Assembly: GCA_965112735.1 (NCBI GenBank) | Contig: OZ218951.1 | Span: forward strand, 2,976,001 to 3,040,000 | Length of the DNA: 64,000 nt | Source of the DNA: Phaeosaccion multiseriatum | Lineage: Eukaryota > Protista > Ochrophyta, other classes | Direction: 5' to 3' | Program-made: the position numbers and the translations under genes | The notes under the pieces: generated by a model | The model's input: the letters and a program-made list of their open reading frames with translations, nothing else | Database searches by the model: none | Told to the model about the DNA's origin: nothing | Part shown: positions 43,872-55,266 of the stretch, piece after piece | Numbering within the stretch: position 1 is the stretch's first letter | How the letters are laid out: every line of letters starts with the position of its first letter

Positions 43872-45758
43872 CTACGCCTGCTGTTGGTGCTGCTCCTGTC
43901 GCTGGGAAAATGCCGCCAGCGTCTGCTCTCGGACCGCGACGAGGTCAATGTTTGCGAGCTGATGGGTGGTGCAGAGGGGGTGGGGAAGGAGGATGGAACA
44001 TGGAGACGGCGTGAGAGGGGAGAGACCAACGGGGGGGGGGGAGGGAGTGAGGGGGAGGGCGGGAGGTGAAGGGGAAAAAGGACGAGGCGGAGCAGAACGC
44101 TGCATTCTCTTGAGATGACCAATCAGTCGTCTCTCCATCTATATATATATACGATCTGACTCACTGACTGACTGACTGAGTCATTCACTGACTCACTGAT
44201 TCACTCACTCACTACCTCACTACTTCGCACCTCTAGCAAGAACCAAGGGGTGAACTTCTCTGGGCTGCCCTCAACGTCCTTGAGAAGCTGCTCCACGGCG
44301 ACGAAGCTCGTCTCCTGCACCTCCTTGGGGTCGTGTTGAATGGGCCCACTTAAGGAGAGGACCGTTGAGTACAGACTCAGCAGCTGAGGAGTATGGAGGG
44401 GGAGGGGAGGGGAGGAGAGGAGGGGAGGGGAGGGGAGAGGAGGGGAAGGGGAGAGGAGGGGAAGGGAAGGGAAGGGAAGGGAGGGGAGGGGAGGGGAGGG
44501 AAGGGAAGGGAAGGGAGGGGAGGGGAGGGGAGGTCAGTGGAGCAAGCGACGGCCGCGCATAGCGGGGAGGGCGGAGAGAGGGGCTACACAAAGGAAGAGA
44601 AGGGTTTGACATCAGAGTAATCGTGACATACACAAGGCCTGACCAGCGTAATCGTGACACACACACGGGGGGAGAAGCAGAGACTCTTTCTATGCCATCC
44701 GTCGATGTTCCATGGTTCATAGGGAGGGGGTTGACTCGACTTGCCTCATTGTCGATCAGCCCGATCTCGGGGAACCTTCCGCAGTGGTGATATACGGGTC
44801 TGAGAGGAGGAGGAGGGGGAGGAGAATGAGTCAACACGCAGGGGAGAAAGGTAGCTCGGCCCTAATTCTCTGGTGTGAAGGGAAGCCAAGGGTGTAATAG
44901 CGACAGTCCACACCAGCGTACATAAAAGTGAAAGCGAAAGGCTATGGGCAAGCTGGGCAAGCTGACGCTCTGTGTTGAGTTGCTGCTGTCGACAGATACC
45001 TAATCAGGGTAAGGTCTTGTACGGTGGCAGTGGTGATGCCCAGCTCCTCCCCCATTCCTCGAACAGCCGCGGTTTGGAAGTCCTCACCCTGTGGATTGGG
45101 GCGTGTGAATGCCAATGGGGAAAGGGTTGTGGCTGTGAGAGGGAAGGTAGGGCACCATAGGGCACCATGATCGAAGGAAGGCTAGGGATCATGCTGTCCG
45201 AGAGCTGCGAGGGGGGACGGGGGCTTACCACGGAGTTGTGCTCCGCGCAGCTGAGGTCCAACAGGCTCGGCGCGATGGCCTTCCCTGCGCTCCTCCTTTG
45301 TAGCAGGACTAGAGGGAAGGGAAAGACAATGCACATCGCAGTGGTACAACCGGCAAAAATTTGCACCAGATGAGATCAGAGTCTTGTCTGGCAAGGGAAG
45401 GGACTCCTCTAGTGTGTCATCTGCCCTCCTCTTTTAAGCACAGCACTTATACGAGACGAATACCCCCTTTGCAGCGCTCAGACCATCACAATGGACCAAC
45501 ATTCCCCTTCACAGTTACTCACGTTCTCCTGCTGGATTGAAAATGAGCACGTGAACTGCCCTGTGAAGGTGTCCATCCTTGTGGCACTCCTATGAGGGGG
45601 GATGCAGAGCAGGGTAGGCCTTAGAGCAAATCTGGAAAGGTTGGCCCTCTCCAGTAGTAGTCACGTCTCACATTTCCCCTCACCTTCCTGCTCTTCTGGC
45701 CTACGACATTGTTCTCCGCGTTAACCACATCAAACATTTCTTCCCAGTCGTCCGCCAT
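43872..45758 (-). CDS. Nudix hydrolase (IDI1/YfcD-like); 7 exons, one GC-AG intron
   Basis: Exons 45758-45684, 45589-45523, 45308-45229, 45088-45000, ~44799-44745, ~44383-44231 and ~43958-43872. Motifs FDVVN, H.DGHLHRAVHVLIFN, LLLQRRS..K, DLSCAEH, Nudix box GEDFQTAAVRGMGEELGI, DNE, DPKEV and KFTPWF. Confidence 0.88.
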
Positions 45759-46139
45759 GGTGAGAGAGCAGCGATTGATAAAAAGGAAAGGTTGTAAAGG
45801 AAAGGAGTCGTGTGCTGTGAGTCTTGGAGCACCAACTGAAGGAAGGAGCGCGAAGGTGGAAGGATTTTTTCCGCCGCCTCGCGCGCTCTTTTCCACCCTC
45901 CCTCCCTCCCTCCCTCCCTCCCTCCCTCCCTCCCTCCCTCCCTCCCCACCCCCCCCCTCACACACTCACTCACTCTTCTCCCACCCTCCCTCCCCCCTCC
46001 GCCCCACCCTCCCTCCCTCTTTCCCTCTCTTCTCTCTTTATCACCGAAGAATGCACTGACACCACCTCACATATTCCCTCACTCCCTCACAACACAACGG
46101 AGAGGGAAGGGCAGAGAGTGTGAGACTGTATTGGTAAGC

Positions 46140-47725
46140 ATGTCGGCTCCTCAGATGGTTGTGAGGAGGATGGCGAGGCTTGGGCTGACGAGCAGTGCTT
46201 GCCTGGCACCTGCGTTTCCATTATCATTGACAACAAGTCGCAGAAACGTCTCGACGACGAAGAGAAGGAGCGATGAAAAGCGTACATCCAGCACGGTCTC
46301 AAGCGAGCACCAGCACCCAGACGTGTCCATGCTAACGTGCAAAGAGAGCTACAACCACGGAGGGTGGAGTCAATACCTTTCTGCGACTGACATTGTCGAC
46401 ACACTGGACTTGACGCATGAAGACGGGCCTGTGGGGGAAGGAGTGCTTATGCCTGAGCCAGTCTACACGCGCTCGCATGGCGCGGTATGGAGGTATCCGC
46501 TAGGCAACGGGAAGGAGCTATGGAGATTGGGGTGAGTGAGTGCGCGAGTCGAGAGGGTATTGCTATTGCAAACGCAAGCAGGCGCCTCCCTTCCTCATCT
46601 CGCGCTCATCGACTAACGGGTCGAGCCTCTACTCCTATCCCTAATTTTGTTTTGCACGGCAGCTTCAGCGAGGAGAAAGCCCAGACGCTGGGCGACGTCG
46701 TCTCAATTAGGTGTGTGGTTGCTTGCGACTGGGCAGGGGCGCGAAGGCGGGCTGCGGCTGGTCAAAGTGTGTACCCTTGTCAATGCCTGGACCGACCCCT
46801 TCTCCACTCTCAACCCCTATTGTCTCGGGCGTCTTCGAGTCAAGGGTACCTGACGGGGGTGAATATGGCACTAGCACTTACGCTTACCTTTGCTCTGCTT
46901 TGCTTTCATTTTCTTTTACTGTGCTTTTCTTGTTCTCCTGCCGCTGTAATGACATCGGCTTTTGCCTGGGCAGACCTGGAGTGGTACCTGACGAGAGCGG
47001 GAGCTGGCCATCCCCACCACGCCTCGCACCCGGCACCCCCCTGGCCACAGTCCAGTGGGAGGGCCTGTCTCTGTCCGACAGCGACGAGCTATACCATGCA
47101 GTGTGGAGCAATGTGGAGGGGGAGGTAGATTTGTCGCTGCCCGTGGGCTGCCTCTTTCGGAGGCTCAACCCGTCGATCCTAGAGGCAGCTTCTCGACCGG
47201 GTGAGTACGTAAGTCTCTTCTCCCGCTTCTCGGTGGGAGGGGTGGCGGAGGAAAGCAGGCCTCACTGCGCTGCAGATGTACACTCGTGGGGAAAAGGGCA
47301 CAAATGTATTCAGTCTAGGCCCGTCCCACCTGACAATCATCAGCGTGAAGTCCTTCTCACTCTCTCCCACTCTCTCTCATCAGCGTGAAACTCTTTCTCA
47401 CTCTCTCCCACTCTCTCTCTCTCTCATCAGCCTGAACTCCTTCTCACTCTCTCCCACTTACTCCCACTCTCTCTCTTCTCTCTTTGCACAAATATTACCC
47501 CCCTCCACCCCCCCCAACCCCACCCTTGCAGTGGCGGACTTGAACTGGGTGGTGGAGGTGGAGGTGGACGTGGAGAGAAGCTCAGGAGAAGGAGGAGGAA
47601 AAGACTCCGACGGGTTAGGAGGTGGAAAGGAGGGGGGGGCGCTCATGAATCAAGGGGCTTATGCAGAGTACCTACGGCACTTGGAGAGGTTGCAGGATAT
47701 CGAGCAGCAAGAGAAAGACACATAG
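46140..47725 (+). CDS. Divergent glycine-cleavage H-protein-like protein lacking the lipoyl-Lys motif; 4 exons
   Basis: Exons 46140-46531, 46663-46710, 46974-47200 and 47532-47725. YTRSH, LGFSEEKAQTLGDVVSI, DLSLPV..N, WVVEV and LMNQGAYAEY are colinear with H-protein motifs. The N-terminus is Arg/Ser/Thr-rich. Confidence 0.65.
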
Positions 47726-48040
47726 TGGAGGAAGGGAGGCGGTACGGGAGAAGAAATGCCAGCCCCACCATGTGATGGACTTTCATATTCGTCGGTCCAT
47801 TCATTCATTCATTCATTCATTCACACGAATCGTGAGGGAGGATGGCGGTTCGAAGCGCACAGTCACATTGACTGCAGGCTGTGCAATATTTTTTATACGG
47901 TTGGTTTGGGCTTTTAAAGTGTATATAGAAATAGAACCCAAGAGGAGGGAAATACAAGAAAAAAGTAATGAGCGAGGAGCAGACTTGTCTTCCTTCCTCC
48001 CTTCCTTCCCTTCTCCCTTTCCTATTCATTCCTTCACCTT

Positions 48041-48374
48041 CTCCACCATCAATCAAGTCAAGCGATGGGATAGTAAGCTCTCCACCATCAATCAAGTTAA
48101 GTGATGGGATAGTAAATAAAGTAAGGGGGGGAAGGAAGCTCTCCACCATCAATCAAGTCAAGCGATGGGATAGTAAGCTCTCCACCATCAATCAAGTCAA
48201 GTGAGGGATAGTAAATAAAGTAAGGGGGGGAAGGAAGCTCTCCACCATCAATCAAGTCAAGCGATGGGATAGTAAGCTCTCCACCATCAATCAAGTCAAG
48301 TGATGGGATAGTAAATAAAGTAAGGGGGGGGAGGAAGCTCTCCACCATCAATCAAGTCAAGCGATGGGATAGTA
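48041..48374. repeat. Higher-order minisatellite (39+61 bp subunits, ~100-bp period, 7 core copies)
   Basis: Core ctccaccatcaatcaagtcaag(c/t)gatgggatagta starts at 48041, 48080, 48141, 48180, 48240, 48279 and 48340. Confidence 0.92.
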
Positions 48375-48535
48375 CGCTCTCCGTCTCTTGCCGAGCGTGC
48401 TGCCCACGGTGACTCCCAGCATGAGCCCCACTCCACTCATCACGGTGCACAGAGACGCCACGACACTCAGGGACCACTTGTTGCTCTCCAGCATCTCCAT
48501 GCCCTCCCTGCCACTTCCACCACTAATACTACTTA

Positions 48536-48571
<36 letters not shown>

Positions 48572-48998
48572 CACTTCTACCCCGATCCTTCAGTGTCATC
48601 ATCTCGTGCTGCTGCGCCGCCCCCACCATCCCGCCCCCGCCGCCGCCCCTCTCTCCCGAAATTGCTGCCAAGGAGGATAGAGCCGATGAAATGACGCTCT
48701 TGTGACTCACCGGGCTGCTCTCCGAGTAGGCAAGGGCCCAGGAGCAAGGCTGCTCAATACCCATCCACAGTTCCAAGCTATCACGCTCCGAGCAGTACTT
48801 GGCGGCGCACGCACGCGCAATGTTGCCGAGGTTGTTCTCTGCAATGGGCTCATTTGCCCCCCCCGCGAGGACCTGCCGCCCCACTCCACCACTACTGCAC
48901 GAGCCGAGGAGGAGACAGCAGACTACTCTTGCTGCTCTTCTTGCCACAAGTACTGCCCACCGCCCGCCTGAGGGAATTCGTTGGCGCCGCACGCCCAT
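48357..48998 (-). CDS. Small single-pass membrane protein, uncharacterised
   Basis: ATG at 48998, hydrophobic leader, short Cys cluster (CAAKYC..C), Ser linker, C-terminal TM followed by KRRRAYYPIA. Confidence 0.6.
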
Positions 48999-49659
48999 GG
49001 CGACTGAGGTCCTCTTTACTTCCCTGAGTCTGCACGACACCAGCTGAGAAAACGCAGGTACCAGAAGAGAACAGAGAAAGGAAGAGAAAGGCCGTCAGCG
49101 GATGTATTCCTGGCCGGATGCTCACTCCGTAGCCAATTTCCTCTGTCAATCGCTTCTCCCTTGCCACATCCCACGACAATCCTTTCCCAGCGCTCTGCCT
49201 GACAAAGCCGGAGAAGCTGAAGCTAGAAAAGCAGCAGGCTCATTCCACCCAGCCGGATGCATGAGGCCCGTCAGGGTGCGCCCGCCCTGAGCCGGCCCCT
49301 GGTCTACCCTCAACTGGCCCTCCCTCACCTCGTCAGGGTGGCTGTCTCCAAGGCTCTCGCGATGGTGGCTAACTCAATGCTTAATAAAACCTCCTTGTCC
49401 CGCCCCACAGGAGCAGCCTCGGTCCCCAGCAAGGTGTCGTCGAGGGGAGAGGTAGTCGCGCGATGCGTAACAGTTCAGTTTCAGTTTCAGCTTTTGCCCG
49501 GCCCGTAAGGCAGTAATTTTTTTCTGTAACTTTCATCCACTTCGTGTGGGGGCAACACTCGGAAAAGGATGTAAAACAGAGAGCGATTCGGAGAGGAGAG
49601 AGAGAGAGCTCACGATACTGTGATGTCGTGAAGGCATAGAGCAGAGAGGGGAGAGAACA

Positions 49660-51844
49660 ATGCTTCCCCACATCGCTCCTGGCTCGGCCCAGCGTAAGAG
49701 AGCTCTTAGCAATCAGGCCACCCAGGCGGAGATTAAGCAGGTGCGTAGCTCATACTCACACACAATTGACAGCAGCCGAGGTGCTCATTTTTCTTGTTGC
49801 GTAGCCTATGAGAAGAGAAGAGAGGCACACTCAGCAAAAGAGGGCCTCGTCTACCTTTCGCTTTCATGGAGGAGGGAATCAACGACAAGGAGGAGAGGAG
49901 GGGCTGAGAGCCGAAACCGACGAGTCAAGCTGTGGTACTGACTTTGTTGCTTACTTATACTCTGCGGACGCTCAAAAAACACAAATGGACGCCCCAAAAC
50001 ACGTGCTGCATGCCCACACACACACACACACACACAGCGCAAGGCAAGTCGCGCAGCCGAGAAGGCAGCACACAAGAAGGATGCTCGCAAGCACTCGCGC
50101 TTCGTACACGAGTCCGACGACTTTGAGGATGTAGACAACTCTTTCTCCCTCCCTGCTGCAGACCCTTCCATCCCCAACCTCCAGACCAGCTCCAAACTGG
50201 GGGGTGGAGACGACTCGGTGGAGGACTGTGTGACACTCAAGGCAGATGAGTCGTGCGTCCTCTCCACCAAGACAGAGGTCCTCAGGCTTGACTTCTCCTG
50301 GACCGTCAATCATAGAGAGAGGGAGCTGATGCAGAATGTGAGTCAGTCATTCGTCCCTTACAGGGAGGGGGGAGAGAGGGACAGGCCTCCAATCGGATCC
50401 ACATCCGGAGAGAACGAAAGAGGGAGAGGGTGGTCCATTACAGGAAGGGAGGGACAAAGCGAGGAGGCAGACAGCTTGTCTGAACCAAATGCGTAAGCAG
50501 CTGTACTGCGGGGAGATGGTTGTACGGTTGTAGTCGCCATTGAGGGGAAGCGGGCTGCAATCGGCAAGCCCGCCCCCTGGACTCGAAAGCAGGCGTGTTT
50601 GTTTGGGACTCCTGCACACGGCGCTTTGAAAAGAAGCTCCGTGGGGGGGGGTATGGGTCGTCGAGTAGGCAACGCACGAACAGAGGGAGCTCACAGCTGC
50701 TCCTCTCCTCCCTCCCCCCTCCCCATCCACGCCCTTCCTCTACCCTTCCAATCCACTGCCATCCTCTCTCCAAAGGTGTGTATCTACGACATGGACGCTA
50801 CGCTTGTGTTTTACGACGCCGATGCAAAGCCCGTGGGGGGCGTGGACTACGTGCAGAAGGTAAGTGGGTGGGGGGTGAGGCACTACCAAGTCAGAAGGTG
50901 GTGGTTGGGTGGGTGGGTAGGTGGGGCATAGCCTCGGCAGGGAGGAGGAGGAGGAGGAGGAGGAGGAGTCCCACCACGTGTGTCCATCTGTTCACCCACC
51001 CACGCCCCTGTTTGTCTACCCCTCCTCCCTACGCCAGGTATTCCGCAACACGGCCGAGCTGCTGGAAGACGCAATGGTGGCCAAAGGCGCCTCGCCAAGT
51101 GGCTCAGACACGGCCAGCGAAACGTGCATCCTTGACTTAAGGCACGTGGACAGGCGCATCCTCACTGTCATGGGCTGCTTCACTGACCGATGGAAGAACT
51201 TCGGGGACCACCACGTGGTGAGTTTGGGTTTCAAGATGGAGTGGGTGGGTGGGTGGGTGGGTGGGTCGGTGGGTGTGGGTGGGTGTGAGTGGATGGGTGG
51301 GTGAGTGGGTCGAATGGACGTGTGAGCATGTGCTTTGCTTGGTCTCTACAGTACCAGCGTCGTCGCGACCAACCCGTCACACACGGACAGCATGTCATAC
51401 CTTCACGCCCGAACGCCTTTGCCTCGCACCCCCCTACAAGACGAGAATGGACCTGATAGCCACGATGCTTTCATATAAGCGGCCTGCCACCCGCTCCGTG
51501 GGGCTAACGGGGCCCATCTGGCGCAGCGCCACCACAAGCCTACGCGCGGCCCAGAGAGTGTTCAACATGGTGTGGAAGAGAAGCGATAATGCCTTGGCCA
51601 ATATGAGGGAAAGGAACCACAATCGCCCAACCGGTCCTGACACCCACACAGGTCCTGACACCCACACAGGTCCTGACACCCACACAGGTCCTGACACCCA
51701 CACAGGCACCAACACAAACGACCCAGCTGTTAGCGCGGAGGCGAAGGAGGAGGGTGAGGGAGACGGGAATGGGAAGGGGAAGGGAGGGAGTGGGGACGGC
51801 AAGGACGAGGGGGCTGATGCTACTGCGCCGGGAGAGGGAGAAGG

Positions 51845-51880
<36 letters not shown>

Positions 51881-54800
51881 GGGAGCAGGAGGAGGAGAGA
51901 CAGAGGCAGCAGGGGCAGGAGGGGCAGCAGGGGCCGAGGGTGAGAGACAACCACCCCCCCATGAGGAAGGAGTCGGAGGATTACTCAGAGGAGGTAGGAC
52001 AATGCGCACACCCCTCGACTCGGCCAACACCATGGTCATGTTCAAGCTTACGCGCGATACACCGGGCAGCAAGGTGTGGACCGTCACCAGCATTATGGAG
52101 CCCATGCACTGCGGCAACGCTGCGCAGCTCAAGCATCAGCTGAGTGACTATGCTCTCGGCAAGACCAACCTCAGCGAAGCGGCGGTGCAGGTGTGTGCGT
52201 GTGTGAGCGCGTGTGTGTGTGCGAGCGTGTGGGTGTGCGTGTGTGTGTGTGTGTGTGCGTGTGTGTGTGTGTGCGTGTGTGTGTGCGTGTGTGGGGGGAA
52301 GGGTGTGCGCGTGTGTGTGGGGGGGGGGAGGGATGTGAGTGGGATGGGTGTGTACGTGTGTGTGAGAGAGAGTGCTTGTGTGTGTGTGTGTGTGTGTGCG
52401 TGCGTGGGCAACTTTCCAGCCCATGTTGGCTCCTCAGTTCTCGCACAATCGCCTTCCATTCTTTCCCTCTCTCTCACCCGCCCTCTCTCACCCGCTCTCT
52501 CTCCTCTTCCCCCACCCCACCGTATTCATTCCACATTCTGCAGCTGCGGAACATTCCGGCCATTTGTTCCGCGCTGAGCACACGTTCCCTACCCAAGATG
52601 GAGCAAAGCTTCCTCGAAGGACAGAGCCTCGACGGCCTTGACCGAGAGAGCTTCATCCGTACCGTGTTTAGTAGCCTTCACGCTGACGTACAGGGATTGG
52701 ATGATCCCGTGGAGGGAGGGAGGGTGGTGGCTATGTTGGATGAGCTGTTTAATCAGATCGACGTTGATGGTGAGGGAGGAGGGAGGAGGGAGGGAGGGAG
52801 GGAGGAGAGGGAGGAGGAAGCAGGGGGTGAATGAGATGTGCGGTGCATGTGTGAGAGTGTCAGCAGGGGCTAATCCTTCCTACCGACCTGCCTGCCTGCC
52901 TACCTGCCCGTCTGCGTGCGTGTGCCCCCCCCCCCCCCCCGCCCGCCCTCTTTGCTGGTCCGATGGCGTCACGCCGCTGTGCAGGGAGTGGAACTGTCAA
53001 CTGGGAAGAGGTGCGTGTGATGGTGCATCAGAGCAAAGCCAATTGTGGAGCTTCGTGATGGAAAGCGGATGCACCGTTCGCGCATGCGTGGATCCATCGC
53101 AGTCAAGCGGGGCATACGTTACTTACTCACTCACTCACTCACTCACTCACTCACTCACTGACTCACTGACTCACTCACTCACTCACTCACTCACTCACTC
53201 ACTCACGCACTCATTCACTGACTCACTCACGCACTCATTCACTGACTCACTCACTTGCTCACTCACTCACTTGCTCACTCACTCACTCACTCACTCACTC
53301 ACTCACTCACTCACTCACTCACTCACTCACGTACTCATTCACTCACGTACTCATTCACTCACTCACTCACTCACCCACCCACTCACCCACCCACTCGTTC
53401 TCTCCCCACATGGCTCCTTCAGTTCACGAGCTTCTTCATTGGAGGCCTCGGGTCCAACAGAGAGGAGCATGAGGTTGAGTCAGACGACTGTATCATCAAG
53501 TAAGTGGGTGTGAGTAAGTGAGTGAGTGTGTGAGAGAGTGAGGGAGTAAGTGGATGTAAGTGAGTGAGTGAGAGAGTGAGTGAGTGAGTGAGTGAGTGAG
53601 TGAGAGAGTGAGTGAGTGAGTGAGTGAGTAGAGTGAGTGAGTGAGTGAGTGAGTGATTGAGTGAGTGAGTGAGTGAGTGAGTGAGTGAGTGGGTAAGCGA
53701 CTGATCTCCTCACTAACTCATCTCCTTGACTTGCGACTTTGCTTCGCTTCCCTGCCCTTCCCTTCCCCCACCCCTCCCCTTTCAACCTTCACTCCTCAGA
53801 TACACCTTGTTACCCTTCGCACCCGAGTCCGCACGCTCAAACATCGCCGTACTGAGGAGACTACGCCCACACGTGCAGGAGTCAAAGGTGAGAGAATATA
53901 TGCAAGGCGAGCTTCACTTGAAGATGCCTTGTTTTTGAAGACGTACATCAAGCGCCATGCCTAACATTTCGTCTTCTTCTTCTTCTTCTTCTTCTTCTTC
54001 TTCTTCTTCTTCTTCTTCTTCTTCTTCTTCTTCTTCTTCTTCTTCTTCTTCTTCTTCTTCTTCTTCTTCTTCTTCTTCTTCTTCTTCTTCTTCTTCTTCT
54101 TCTTCTTCTTCTTCTTCTTCTTCTTCTTCTTCTTCTTCTTCTTCTTCTTCTTCTTCTTCTTCTTCTTCTTCTTCTTCTTCTTCTTCTTCTTCTTCTTCTT
54201 CTTCTTCTTCTTCTTCTTCTTCTTCTTCTTCTTCTTCTTCTTCTTCTTCTTCTTCTTCTTCTTCTTCTTCTTCTTCTTCTTCTTCTTCTTCTTCTTCTTC
54301 TTCTTCTTCTTCTTCTTCTTCTTCTTCTTCTTCTTCTTCTTCTTCTTCTTCTTCTTCTTCTTCTTCTTCTTCTTCTTCTTCTTCTTCTTCTTCTTCTTCT
54401 TCTTCTTCTTCTTCTTCTTCTTCTTCTTCTTCTTCTTCTTCTTCTTCTTCTTCTTCTTCTTCTTCTTCTTCTTCTTCTTCTTCTTCTTCTTCTTCTTCTT
54501 CTTCTTCTTCTCCTCCTCCTCCTCCTCCTCCTCCTCCTCCTTCTCCTCCTCCTCCTCCTCCTCCTCCTCCTCCCCGCACAGGAGACAATGGCCAAAGGTA
54601 TTCAGTTCATGCGTCACGTGCCCGCCCTTCGCCGCCTCCTGTGGGCCTATGTGGACAGTAACGTGCTGAGCTTTACGGACGAGACGGGTGCACGCATGCA
54701 CGAATTCGCCTTCACGGATCCGCTCTTTACAGAGGGCCAATATGCCTCCGTCATGGATGTGGCCTATGTGCCCGAGGTGAGTAGAGGAGGGAGGGGAGGA

Positions 54801-55227
54801 GGGAGGGGAGGAGGGAGGGGAGGAGGGAGGGGAGGAGGGAGGGGAGGAGGGAGGGAGGGAGGAATGGAGGGGGGCAGGGAGGGGTGGATGGATGGAGGGA
54901 TGGATGGATGGATGGATGGAGGGAGGGAGGGAGGGAGGGAGGGAGGGGGGAGGGCAGTGAGCGGCGGGCAGTGGGCGGCAGGCAATGCGACACAGTCAGC
55001 GAATGGCGTCGGCGAATGACGCAACGCAAGGGGAATGAATGGTGCTGGAAGCGTCTCATGCAAGTCCTTTGGAGCGTATCGCCTTGTTCTAAACCTTTAC
55101 CCCCCCACCCCTCCCTGTATCACCAACCCCTACAGAGGAAGCACTTCGTCGTCTCTTTGGCGGACCACAGCCTGAACTTCGTCACGGAGCAGAGAGATCG
55201 CGTCGGCAATGTGCACGGCTTCATGCA

Positions 55228-55266
<39 letters not shown>

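Noticed and set aside
48041-48374. CRISPR-like array (35-bp partly palindromic repeats)
   Set aside because: The spacers are not unique (two alternating, near-identical linkers), there are no cas genes, and the context is eukaryotic.
53914-54740. Poly-E/K/R/S ORFs
   Set aside because: Translations of the intronic (TTC)n tract.
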